Origin: Eubacteriales bacterium
GTDB lineage: Bacteria > Bacillota > Clostridia > Oscillospirales > CAG-272
Reading direction: 5' to 3'
DNA length: 64,000 nucleotides
Assembly: GCA_045127455.1 (NCBI GenBank)
Contig: JBGVQK010000054.1
Coordinates: 3,059-67,058 of the forward strand
Shown here: piece after piece, positions 34,913 to 42,819 of the stretch
Layout of the letters: each line of letters starts with the position of its first letter
How positions within the stretch are numbered: the stretch's first letter is position 1
The notes under the pieces: generated by a model
The model's input: only the letters and a program-made list of their open reading frames with translations
Told to the model about the DNA's origin: nothing
Database searches by the model: none
Translations under genes and position numbers: made by a program

Positions 34913-35090
34913 TGCGTTTTTCTCCTTTCATCAAATTTTGTTTTTTGGCTTTTCACGACAATCAGTTGCATTTGATCGCCCTGAAAAACCAAAAATCTCG
35001 CGATTTTTGATTTTGTATCCCCCCGCCCCCAGCCACGATGGGTTGGGGGGATATCAATTTTGTTTTAGATTTGTCTAATTTGGGTTAGAA

Positions 35091-35723
35091 TTAGTCACCG
35101 AGTTGGGTTACTTCTACAGAGCAAGTAAAGCTGATTTCGGGAGCAGGATTAAGCTTGCCAAGTTTGGTATCGCTTGCATTGTCACCCTCGAATGCCCATG
35201 CCCAAGAAACGGAAAGACTGCTCGCAAGAGTAGCATTAGCTGCTACTTCTGCCTTACTGAGAGCAGTGAACTTAGCTTCAACAGCTGCTTCAAGTTCTTC
35301 AAGAGTATCGATTTCGCCTTCCATCTTGATTTCCTCAGCGCCTACGGTGAATACGATAGGACAATATACGGTATCGGTATCAATTACCCATCCTGTGAGT
35401 TCGAGGTCAGCGGTTACAACAACCTTAACCTTAACTTCGGTGGTACCAGAAATACTAACGCCACCAAGAACGCCTTCAGTACCGGGAGCAACAACTTTTA
35501 CACCAGTTTCAGAGGAGATTACATCACCATCTTCATAATTGGTCAAAAAAGCAGTTTCACCGATAGCGTCTACAGTAACACCCCACTTTGCTACGCGAGC
35601 AGTTTCGAGAGCGGTACTATCGGTTGTGGTATACTTTGCGAACGTGCCGGAAATAGCACAGGTTGTCATAAGAACTGCTACCAAAAGAGCGGAAGCAACT
35701 CTCATCATTACGTTTTTCTTCAT
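35091..35723 (-). CDS. SipW-class TasA/CalY-like protein, probable major filament subunit
   Basis: ISGTFAKY, ARVAKW, VVAPGT, WAWAFE; strongly biased codon usage (many GCT/GTT/GAA) suggests high expression; flanked by stem-loops. Confidence 0.85.
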   Translation of the reverse strand: MKKNVMMRVASALLVAVLMTTCAISGTFAKYTTTDSTALETARVAKWGVTVDAIGETAFLTNYEDGDVISSETGVKVVAPGTEGVLGGVSISGTTEVKVKVVVTADLELTGWVIDTDTVYCPIVFTVGAEEIKMEGEIDTLEELEAAVEAKFTALSKAEVAANATLASSLSVSWAWAFEGDNASDTKLGKLNPAPEISFTCSVEVTQLGD

Positions 35724-35941
35724 AGTAGAAATTCCTTTCTTGTTTTGAAAAAATTATTCTTCCCTAACCCGAGGGAATACGTTTTTTTGGCGATGGGTTC
35801 ACCTATAGATTTCATCGCCAAAAAATCTTAGGTTTTTATGTATTCATCTCGCGGCGTGGCTTCCGTGGGAAGAATAACAAAGTTGTTTTATATTAAGAGG
35901 CGAGCGCCTCAAAATATCAATTGAGTGTGGAATTGAGGAGA

Positions 35942-36721
35942 TTACTCCTGCTTGGGTTGTTCAGCTTGAGGAGTAGGCTCGGGGGCTGCTTCGGGTGCGG
36001 GTTGCGTTTCAACCTTTTCCTCTGCCTTGACCTCTTCGGCGGCATCAGCCTTTGCTTGTGCGCTGACCTCGGCTGCCTTGGCTTTTTCTGCCTTGAGTGC
36101 CTCAAGCTCGGCGCGGAGAGCATCAACGTCTTCGGTCTTGCCCTTTTCGTACATCTTGCGGCGGATAACGTCGTATCCAACAAACAGAAGAATGGGAACG
36201 ACTACGCAAACGATAAGTCCGCCCGGCTTTTGCATTGCCATTGCAAGGTTGCCTGCACCGCCAATGCGGAAGTCATCCCATTTGCCAACGATCTTATCTG
36301 CCTCGCGGAGCTTGCCGTCGGGTGTGGGGTTGTTGATACCTTGCGTTCTGAATTTTACTTCACCGTTCTCTTCGATAACCTCGATTACCTTGTGAGTCCA
36401 AATGGTTGTGTAATTATCCTCGGCTGCGTAGAAGGAAATAACCGTTCCAACCTCAATTTCGCTGGGGTCCACTTCCTTTACAATGATGAGGTCGCCCTTT
36501 TTGATATCGGGATACATAGAATCTGAAAGGACGATGAGCGGAACAACGCCCGCAAAATCGGGCACCTCGTTTTTGTTGATAAAGCTCTTGATAATGAGCG
36601 TGCAGTTGACTATGAGAATGGGTACTAAAATGACGCACAAAACGATGCCAATGATTGTGAGCGTTCTTTGCTTTTTATCTACCGCTTGATTTTGAACGTT
36701 TGATTTTTCGTTCGTCGACAT
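35942..36721 (-). CDS. sipW: Signal peptidase I, SipW paralog with an Ala/Glu/Pro-rich tail
   Basis: IVLSDSMYP (Ser), WTHKVI (His), RTQGINNPTPD, C-terminal TM. Confidence 0.9.
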   Translation of the reverse strand: MSTNEKSNVQNQAVDKKQRTLTIIGIVLCVILVPILIVNCTLIIKSFINKNEVPDFAGVVPLIVLSDSMYPDIKKGDLIIVKEVDPSEIEVGTVISFYAAEDNYTTIWTHKVIEVIEENGEVKFRTQGINNPTPDGKLREADKIVGKWDDFRIGGAGNLAMAMQKPGGLIVCVVVPILLFVGYDVIRRKMYEKGKTEDVDALRAELEALKAEKAKAAEVSAQAKADAAEEVKAEEKVETQPAPEAAPEPTPQAEQPKQE

Positions 36722-36790
36722 CTCGCTTTTTTCCTCCTATTACATATTTATATATCATACTTTAATTAGATACAAAAAAATAGATAATTC

Positions 36791-36819
36791 ATTTTATCAC
36801 TTTTTCATCACAATGTCAA
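36791..36819 (-). promoter_or_regulatory. SigA promoter of the SipW locus
   Basis: TTGACA-17-TAAAAT with extended TG, inside an AT-rich intergenic region. Confidence 0.7.
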
Positions 36820-36933
36820 TAGAAATGCCAAAAAAATAACGCTTTTTTATATATAAATATGTAAAAAAACGCAAAAAAGAAGCTGTTTTTTATCCTTTTT
36901 TCCATTTTTTGCAAGAAAGCCGATTTTTACTTG

Positions 36934-36972
36934 CAAAAAAAGCACCGACACGCCGTGTCGGTGCTTTTCTTT
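36934..36972 (-). terminator. Terminator of nrdDG
   Basis: AAAAAAAGCACCGACAC-gcc-GTGTCGGTGCTTTT. Confidence 0.85.
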
Positions 36973-36973
36973 T

Positions 36974-37498
36974 TTACTTGTCCCAAAGGACGATCTCTTT
37001 CTTTTCAAGAGTTGCTTTCATATCAATGATGCGCTGGTTAGAAGAGCCGCGAAAACGCAAGGAAATATCCTTGAGCGCTTTTACGTATCTACCGTCGACC
37101 AGCACGTCGATCAGAGAAAGCATTTCGTCGGTATGCTCGCATCGGGGATAGCTTCCCTCTTTCCATAGCTCCTCGTCAAGGGTAAATCCCGTAAAGCACC
37201 AAACGGTCTTATTGGGACACTCCTCGCGAAAGCGGCGGAGAAAGGCAACGAGTGCGCCTTGGTTCTTTGGCTCGAACGGCTCACCGCCAAGCAGCGTTAG
37301 CCCATTGATGAAATAGGGCTTGCAGGATGCGATGATCTCGTCCTCAACCTCGCGTGTGAAGGGTTCGCCGTAGCAAAAATCCCACGTTTGGGGCTGAAAG
37401 CACTCCTCGCAATGGTTTGTGCAGCCCGAAACAAAGAGGACTGTGCGCACACCTTCCCCATTGGCGATGTCGCATTTTTTGATTTCACAGTAGTTCAT
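36974..37498 (-). CDS. nrdG: Anaerobic ribonucleotide reductase activase
   Basis: NGEGVRTVLFVSGCTNHCEECF, LLGGEP, FRGSSNQR. Confidence 0.97.
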   Translation of the reverse strand: MNYCEIKKCDIANGEGVRTVLFVSGCTNHCEECFQPQTWDFCYGEPFTREVEDEIIASCKPYFINGLTLLGGEPFEPKNQGALVAFLRRFREECPNKTVWCFTGFTLDEELWKEGSYPRCEHTDEMLSLIDVLVDGRYVKALKDISLRFRGSSNQRIIDMKATLEKKEIVLWDK

Positions 37499-37501
37499 AG
37501 C

Positions 37502-39676
37502 TTACAGATGCAGTACGCGCTCCTTGATCTCTTGGGTTCTACCCTGATTCCAATACTGCGTGCCAATGTAGCCGCAGGTACGGCGAGCAACGTTCATTTT
37601 GCTTTGATCGGTGTTGCCGCACTTGGGGCATTTCCAAATCAGCTTGCCGTCAACCTCAACGATCTCAATTTCACCGTCCCAACCGCACTCTTGGCAGTAG
37701 TCGGACTTGGTGTTGAGCTCGGCATACATAATGTTATCGTAGATAAAGCGCATAACCTGAAGTACTGCCTCGAGGTTTTGTTGCATATTGGGAACCTCAA
37801 CGTAGCTGATAGCGCCGCCGGGAGAGAGCTGTTGGAACTGTGCCTCGAACGCCAGCTTGGAGAAGGCGTCGATCTCTTCGGTTACGTGGATGTGGTAGCT
37901 GTTGGTGATATAACCCTTATCGTTGATGCCGGGAACCACGCCAAATCTCTTTTGGAGACACTTTGCAAACTTGTAGGTGGTGGATTCCAGGGGCGTGCCG
38001 TAAAGGCTGAAGTCGATGTTGTGCTCTGCCTTCCACTTTTTGCAGGCGTCGTTGAGGTACTGCATAACGCTGAGTGCAAAGGGAGTAGCGGCGGGATCGG
38101 TGTGGCTCTTGCCGGTCATATACTTAACACACTCGTAAAGACCTGCGTAACCGAGCGAAATGGTGGAATAACCACCGTAAAGGAGCTTGTCGATGGGCTC
38201 GCCCTTCTTGAGTCTTGCAAGCGCGCCGTATTGCCACAGAATGGGAGCAACATCGGAAAGAGTGCCCTTGAGGCGCTCGTGACGGCACATCAATGCCTTG
38301 TGACAAAGCTCAAGGCGTTCGTCAAAGATCTTCCAGAATTTTTCAATATTTCCGCCGGAAGAGAGTGCTACGTCGGGCAGGTTGATGGTAACAACGCCCT
38401 GATTGAAGCGACCGTAATACTTCGGCTGACCGTTTTCGTCAACAAAAGGTGTCAGGAAGCTGCGGCAACCCATGCAGGTGTAGCAGTGACCTTCCCCGTT
38501 TTTGTCGACCTTGAGCTCGAGCATCTTCTTTTCGGAAATGTAGTCCGGAACCATGCGGCGCGCGGTGCATTTTGCCGAAAGCTTGGTAAGGTAGTAATAG
38601 GGGGAATCCTCGTGGATGTTTTGTTCCTCGAGAACGTAGATGAGCTTGGGGAATGCGGGAGTGACGTAAACGCCTTCTTCATTCTTAACACCCTCGTAGC
38701 GTTGCAGGAGAGTTTCCTCAATGATAATGGCGAGGTCCTTCTTTTCTTGCTCGCTTCTCGCTTCGCCAAGGTACATAAATACGGTGACAAAGGGTGCCTG
38801 ACCGTTGGTGGTGAGAAGTGTTACGACCTGATACTGAATGGTTTGAACACCCTTGCTGATCTCCTCGCGCAAGCGTTTTTCTACAATAGTAGAAAGCTGC
38901 TCGTCGGTAAGAGTGGTGCCGATGGCTGCCATTTCCTCTTTAACGGCTTTTGTAATCTTTTCGCGGCTTACCTGTACAAAAGGTGCGAGATGTGTGAGCG
39001 AGATGCTCTGACCGCCATATTGATTACTTGCAACCTGCGCAATGATCTGTGTTGCAATGTTACACGCCGTGGAAAAGCTGTGGGGACGCTCGATCATCGT
39101 GCCGGAGATGACCGTTCCGTTTTGCAGCATATCCTCAAGGTTAACAAGGTCGCAGTTGTGCATGTGCTGCGCGTAGTAGTCGGTATCGTGGAAGTGAATG
39201 ATACCCTCTTCGTGTGCTTGAACGACATCCTCGGGAAGGAGCAGACGCGTTGTAATGTCGCGGCTTACCTCACCTGCCATATAGTCGCGTTGAACGCTGT
39301 TGACAGTGGGATTTTTGTTTGCGTTCTCCTGCTTTGCCTCTTCGTTGCAGCACTCGATCAGGCTCAAAATCTTTTCATCGGTGGTATTGGAGCGACGCAC
39401 AAGGGCTCTGGTGTAGCGGTAAGTAATATACTTTTTTGCTACCTCGTAAGCTCCGTGTGCCATGATCTGCGATTCGACCAGATCCTGGATCTCCTCCACC
39501 TCGGGGGCTCTGTTCATTCTGATACAGCTCAGCTCCACCGCCTCGGCGATGCGTTTGATCTGCATCGGTGTCAATCTTGCCTCTTCTTCAACAGCTTCGT
39601 TTGCCTTCGTAATGGCGGTAATGATCTTACTGATATCGAACGTAACTTCGGAGCTGTTTCTCTTAATAACCTTCAT
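37502..39676 (-). CDS. nrdD: Class III anaerobic ribonucleoside-triphosphate reductase with ATP cone
   Basis: VIKRNS ATP cone, HFHD, MGCRS, RFNQGV, terminal RRTCGYIG glycyl-radical motif. Confidence 0.98.
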   Translation of the reverse strand: MKVIKRNSSEVTFDISKIITAITKANEAVEEEARLTPMQIKRIAEAVELSCIRMNRAPEVEEIQDLVESQIMAHGAYEVAKKYITYRYTRALVRRSNTTDEKILSLIECCNEEAKQENANKNPTVNSVQRDYMAGEVSRDITTRLLLPEDVVQAHEEGIIHFHDTDYYAQHMHNCDLVNLEDMLQNGTVISGTMIERPHSFSTACNIATQIIAQVASNQYGGQSISLTHLAPFVQVSREKITKAVKEEMAAIGTTLTDEQLSTIVEKRLREEISKGVQTIQYQVVTLLTTNGQAPFVTVFMYLGEARSEQEKKDLAIIIEETLLQRYEGVKNEEGVYVTPAFPKLIYVLEEQNIHEDSPYYYLTKLSAKCTARRMVPDYISEKKMLELKVDKNGEGHCYTCMGCRSFLTPFVDENGQPKYYGRFNQGVVTINLPDVALSSGGNIEKFWKIFDERLELCHKALMCRHERLKGTLSDVAPILWQYGALARLKKGEPIDKLLYGGYSTISLGYAGLYECVKYMTGKSHTDPAATPFALSVMQYLNDACKKWKAEHNIDFSLYGTPLESTTYKFAKCLQKRFGVVPGINDKGYITNSYHIHVTEEIDAFSKLAFEAQFQQLSPGGAISYVEVPNMQQNLEAVLQVMRFIYDNIMYAELNTKSDYCQECGWDGEIEIVEVDGKLIWKCPKCGNTDQSKMNVARRTCGYIGTQYWNQGRTQEIKERVLHL

Positions 39677-39770
39677 TTTCTCCTCCTTTTGTTTATAATT
39701 TACAAAATATGTACAAGCAAATTTGTCACATTGAACAACGCATTTGCTAATATGCCTATGGGGTACATAT

Positions 39771-39821
39771 ATTATACCATATTTTGTGGTTTTGTCAAGG
39801 GCAAAACACTATATTTTGTGG
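39771..39821 (-). promoter_or_regulatory. nrdD SigA promoter overlapped by tandem NrdR boxes
   Basis: ATACCATATTTTGTGG (39774-39789) and ACACTATATTTTGTGG (39806-39821), 32 bp apart as typical for NrdR; minus strand TTGACA-16-TATAAT. Confidence 0.85.
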
Positions 39822-39942
39822 TTTTTTGACAAGTTATTTTTTTGACAATGATGCGACAAATCTTGCTTTTTCGGTCAAAAATTGCGCTTTTTGGAGAGGC
39901 AAAACGGCAAAAATTTAAGCCGGCAAAAATTTTTCCCTTTTT

Positions 39943-39957
39943 TGTGATTTTATCACA
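39943..39957 (+). promoter_or_regulatory. Putative Crp/Fnr operator upstream of trxA
   Basis: TGTGATTTTATCACA, centred 29 bp upstream of TATAAT (39979-39984). Confidence 0.7.
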
Positions 39958-40016
39958 TACAAGTGACTTTTTGCGTGGTATAATTATAATGTAAAAAGAA
40001 AAAGGAGGACATAAAG

Positions 40017-40325
40017 ATGTCAGTTGTAAATATCAATCAATCTAATTTTGAAGCAGAGGTTTTAAACGCCGACAAGAAGGTGCTCGTTGACTTTTGGGCG
40101 CCCTGGTGCGGTCCCTGCCGTATGGTATCCCCCATTGTAGATGCGATCGCCGATGAGCGCGACGACATTAAGGTTGGAAAGATCAACGTTGATGACGAGG
40201 AAGAGCTTGCCGTTCGTTTTGGCATTATGAGCATTCCCACGCTGCTTGTGTTTGAGGGTGGCAAGATCGTCAATTCGGCAATCGGTGCTCGCTCCAAGGA
40301 AGATATTTTAAAAATGCTCGATTGA
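40017..40325 (+). CDS. trxA: Thioredoxin
   Basis: DFWAPWCGPC, FGIMSIPTL. Confidence 0.97.
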   Translation: MSVVNINQSNFEAEVLNADKKVLVDFWAPWCGPCRMVSPIVDAIADERDDIKVGKINVDDEEELAVRFGIMSIPTLLVFEGGKIVNSAIGARSKEDILKMLD

Positions 40326-40331
40326 GTAAAA

Positions 40332-40369
40332 AAGAAGAAATCCGTCGATCTTTCGGCGGATTTCTTCTT
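40332..40369. terminator. Bidirectional terminator
   Basis: AAGAAGAAATCCGTCGA..TCGGCGGATTTCTTCTT. Confidence 0.8.
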
Positions 40370-40377
40370 ATTTATTA

Positions 40378-41031
40378 TTAGCAAAGTGCCTCGAGCTTTT
40401 CTTCGTCAATGATCTCCACAGTGCCGCGGGCAAGGGCGACCATTCCCTCGGTTTGAAAATACTTGAGCATTCGGGTAATGACCTCGCGGTGAGAACCGAT
40501 GTGGTTGGCAATGCCCTCGTGTGTGAGCTTGAGCACGTGACTTCCCTCAATGGCAGCTTCTTCTATTAAAAAGGAAGCAAGGCGGCGATCCAAGCTCTTC
40601 CACATGATCTGCTCCACGAGCCACATTACGTCGGTAAAGCGCGTTGCCATGATTTCGTTGGTGTAATTGGCAAGGGGAGCGGACTCCTCCATGATTTTTT
40701 GGTAAACACGAACGGGAATGACCCAAAGCTCGGTATCCTTTTCCGCCTCTATCGTAATTTCAAACTGAATGGAGCGCATCAGACAGGATGCAGAGAACAG
40801 ACACAGGTCTCTGTCAAAAAGGCGGTAGAGCGTGATCTCTCTTCCCTCCTCGGAGAGCATATAGGCGCGCAGCTGCCCCGATCTTACCAAAAAAAGCGCC
40901 GTGCAATCCATACTTGCATTGTGCAAGATAGTTCCTTTTTCTATTTTTTTGAAGGAAACGGCAGCACGCAGCTTCTCCCTGTGCGCCTCGTCCAGCTTGT
41001 TCCATATTGGAAAATAGCTTTGAAATTCCAT
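40378..41031 (-). CDS. Crp/Fnr-family transcriptional regulator
   Basis: cNMP-like beta-barrel, EGREITLY, RLASFL, LTHEGIANHIGSHREVITRML; start MEFQSY after GGAGG. Confidence 0.93.
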   Translation of the reverse strand: MEFQSYFPIWNKLDEAHREKLRAAVSFKKIEKGTILHNASMDCTALFLVRSGQLRAYMLSEEGREITLYRLFDRDLCLFSASCLMRSIQFEITIEAEKDTELWVIPVRVYQKIMEESAPLANYTNEIMATRFTDVMWLVEQIMWKSLDRRLASFLIEEAAIEGSHVLKLTHEGIANHIGSHREVITRMLKYFQTEGMVALARGTVEIIDEEKLEALC

Positions 41032-41150
41032 CGCGACTCTCCTTCCCTCCATGTCTTTCTTTCTCTTTGTGTTCATTATACACGTTTTTTTGCAAAAAAT
41101 CAACCCAAAGCGGGCAAAAAATGAAAAGATTTTGATAAAATGGTATTTTG

Positions 41151-41165
41151 TGTGATTTTATCACA
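41151..41165 (+). promoter_or_regulatory. Putative Crp/Fnr operator upstream of ccdA
   Basis: Identical TGTGATTTTATCACA, centred 29 bp upstream of TATAAT (41187-41192). Confidence 0.7.
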
Positions 41166-41223
41166 GAAATGCTTTTCAATTTATTATATAATAAAGTCGT
41201 AAAAAACAAAGGAGGTATTCTAT

Positions 41224-41886
41224 ATGCAATACTTACTTGTATTTATAGAAGGAATTTTTACTTTTATTTCCCCGTGTCTCTTACCGATGCTCCCAATATA
41301 TATTTCCTACTTTGCGGGTGGCGGACAGAGAAGGACAAAGCGAACGCTGACCAATGCGCTTGGCTTTGTGATGGGCTTTACGATCGTGTTTGTAGCGATG
41401 GGTGCCTTGGCAGGAACGATTGGCAGATTTTTGCGTGACTATCGCGTAGCTGTCAATATCGTTTCGGGTCTTTTGGTGATCTTGTTCGGCCTGAGCTTTC
41501 TCGGTTTGTTTGAGCTCAAGCTCTTCAAAGGGATCAAAAAGAATATAGACCCCGAAAAGATGGGATTCTTCCCAGCTCTTCTCTTTGGAACAGTCTTCTC
41601 GATTGGTTGGACTCCTTGCGTTGGTGCCTTTCTTGGAACGGCGCTGATGCTGGCTGCACAGCAGGCACACGTGGTAGAGGGTATGCTGATGCTCTTTCTC
41701 TACTCGCTCGGGTTGGCTATCCCCTTTGTGCTGAGCGCACTGCTCATCGATTATCTCAAAAACGCATTTAACTGGATCAAAAAGCATTATAAGGTCATCA
41801 ATATCGTTAGTGGAAGTCTTTTGATCCTCATCGGTATTTTGATGGCAACCGGAATGTTTGACCGTGTGATCGGTCTCTTATCCTAA
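41224..41886 (+). CDS. ccdA: CcdA/DsbD-beta thiol-disulfide transmembrane electron transporter
   Basis: FISPCLLPMLP and WTPCVG cysteines; 6 TMs. Confidence 0.93.
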   Translation: MQYLLVFIEGIFTFISPCLLPMLPIYISYFAGGGQRRTKRTLTNALGFVMGFTIVFVAMGALAGTIGRFLRDYRVAVNIVSGLLVILFGLSFLGLFELKLFKGIKKNIDPEKMGFFPALLFGTVFSIGWTPCVGAFLGTALMLAAQQAHVVEGMLMLFLYSLGLAIPFVLSALLIDYLKNAFNWIKKHYKVINIVSGSLLILIGILMATGMFDRVIGLLS

Positions 41887-41898
41887 AGGAGGTTTATT

Positions 41899-42591
41899 AT
41901 GAAAAAGTTTTTAGTACTATCGCTTGCTCTTGTGCTGGTTGCGGCATTTGCTACTTCCTGCAACCTCGCAGATGCAGCTCCAAAAAATCAGTTGAACACC
42001 TACGCACCGCAATCCCCTAAGGAGGAAAGCACGCCGCTTCCGGAAGAGACAACTCCCGATGGTGGAGCAAACGTTACCGACGGCCAAGAGGATCAACAGG
42101 AAACGCAGCCTCAGGAAACGCCAAAGGAAACCGAAAAAGAAGAACCGCAAGAAACGGAAGCTCCCCCCGCCCGCACAGAGCCGAAGGCAATGGATTTTAC
42201 AGTTTATGATGCCAACGGCAATGCAGTCAAGCTTTCGGACTTCTTTGGCAAGCCCATTGTGCTCAACTTTTGGGCAAGCTGGTGCCCGCCCTGTAAGGGT
42301 GAGATGCCAGATTTTCACGCCAAATATCTTGAGCTTGGCGACGAAGTGCAATTTTTGATGGTCAATATGACCGGTGGACGCGAGACGCTCTCAAGCGCAA
42401 AAGGCTTTATTGAAGAACAAGGCTATACATTTCCCGTATTCTTCGACACAGCATATGAGGCTTCCGATGCTTACGAGGTATATTCCCTGCCCGCCACCTA
42501 CTTTATTGACGCAGAGGGCTATCTCATCGCATACGCTATTGGTGCCATTGACGCCGCGACTCTGCAGACCGGAATTGATATGATTCAATAA
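41899..42591 (+). CDS. TlpA/ResA-family thioredoxin-like lipoprotein
   Basis: Lipobox ATSC; Glu/Thr/Pro linker; NFWASWCPPCKGEMP; LPATYFID. Confidence 0.9.
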   Translation: MKKFLVLSLALVLVAAFATSCNLADAAPKNQLNTYAPQSPKEESTPLPEETTPDGGANVTDGQEDQQETQPQETPKETEKEEPQETEAPPARTEPKAMDFTVYDANGNAVKLSDFFGKPIVLNFWASWCPPCKGEMPDFHAKYLELGDEVQFLMVNMTGGRETLSSAKGFIEEQGYTFPVFFDTAYEASDAYEVYSLPATYFIDAEGYLIAYAIGAIDAATLQTGIDMIQ

Positions 42592-42595
42592 AACC

Positions 42596-42819
42596 GGGGC
42601 TGATTCATTTAGCGCAGAACAAAAGCCACTCTTATAAACAAAGCTCAAGACCAATTAAAAAATGTAGCCTTGAGTTTTTAATATGTTGAAATCCGCCGAA
42701 AAAATTCGGCGGATTTCTTCTTTTTATGTGGCTTTTTAGTCGCGATTTGGTTCTCTGGCGTACCTTTGTACGCCTACGAGGACCAAATCACGCCTTCTGC
42801 ATCTGAATGGCTCAGCCCC
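42596..42819. mobile_element. MITE-like, multi-hairpin non-coding element
   Basis: Terminal IRs GGGGCTGATTCATT / AATGGCTCAGCCCC (12/14); nested GCAGAA/TTCTGC and AAAAGCCAC/GTGGCTTTT; two internal hairpins. Confidence 0.55.

Noticed and set aside
27226-36721. Sortase-assembled or type IV pilus interpretation
   Set aside because: No sortase, LPXTG or YPKN motifs, no class III (G/FTLxE) prepilin signals and no PilB/PilC/PilD homologs.
37388-39829. 813-aa plus-strand ORF
   Set aside because: Antisense shadow of nrdD.
37502-40325. Idea that the adjacent trxA is the reductant of NrdD
   Set aside because: NrdD has the MGCR active-site motif of the formate-using subclass, and trxA shares an operator with ccdA rather than NrdR boxes.
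42596-42606. GGGGCTGATTC resembles the 5' end of tmRNA
   Set aside because: No following GGATTCGAC, no tag reading frame and no T-arm/CCA 3' end; it pairs with an inverted copy at 42806-42819 instead.
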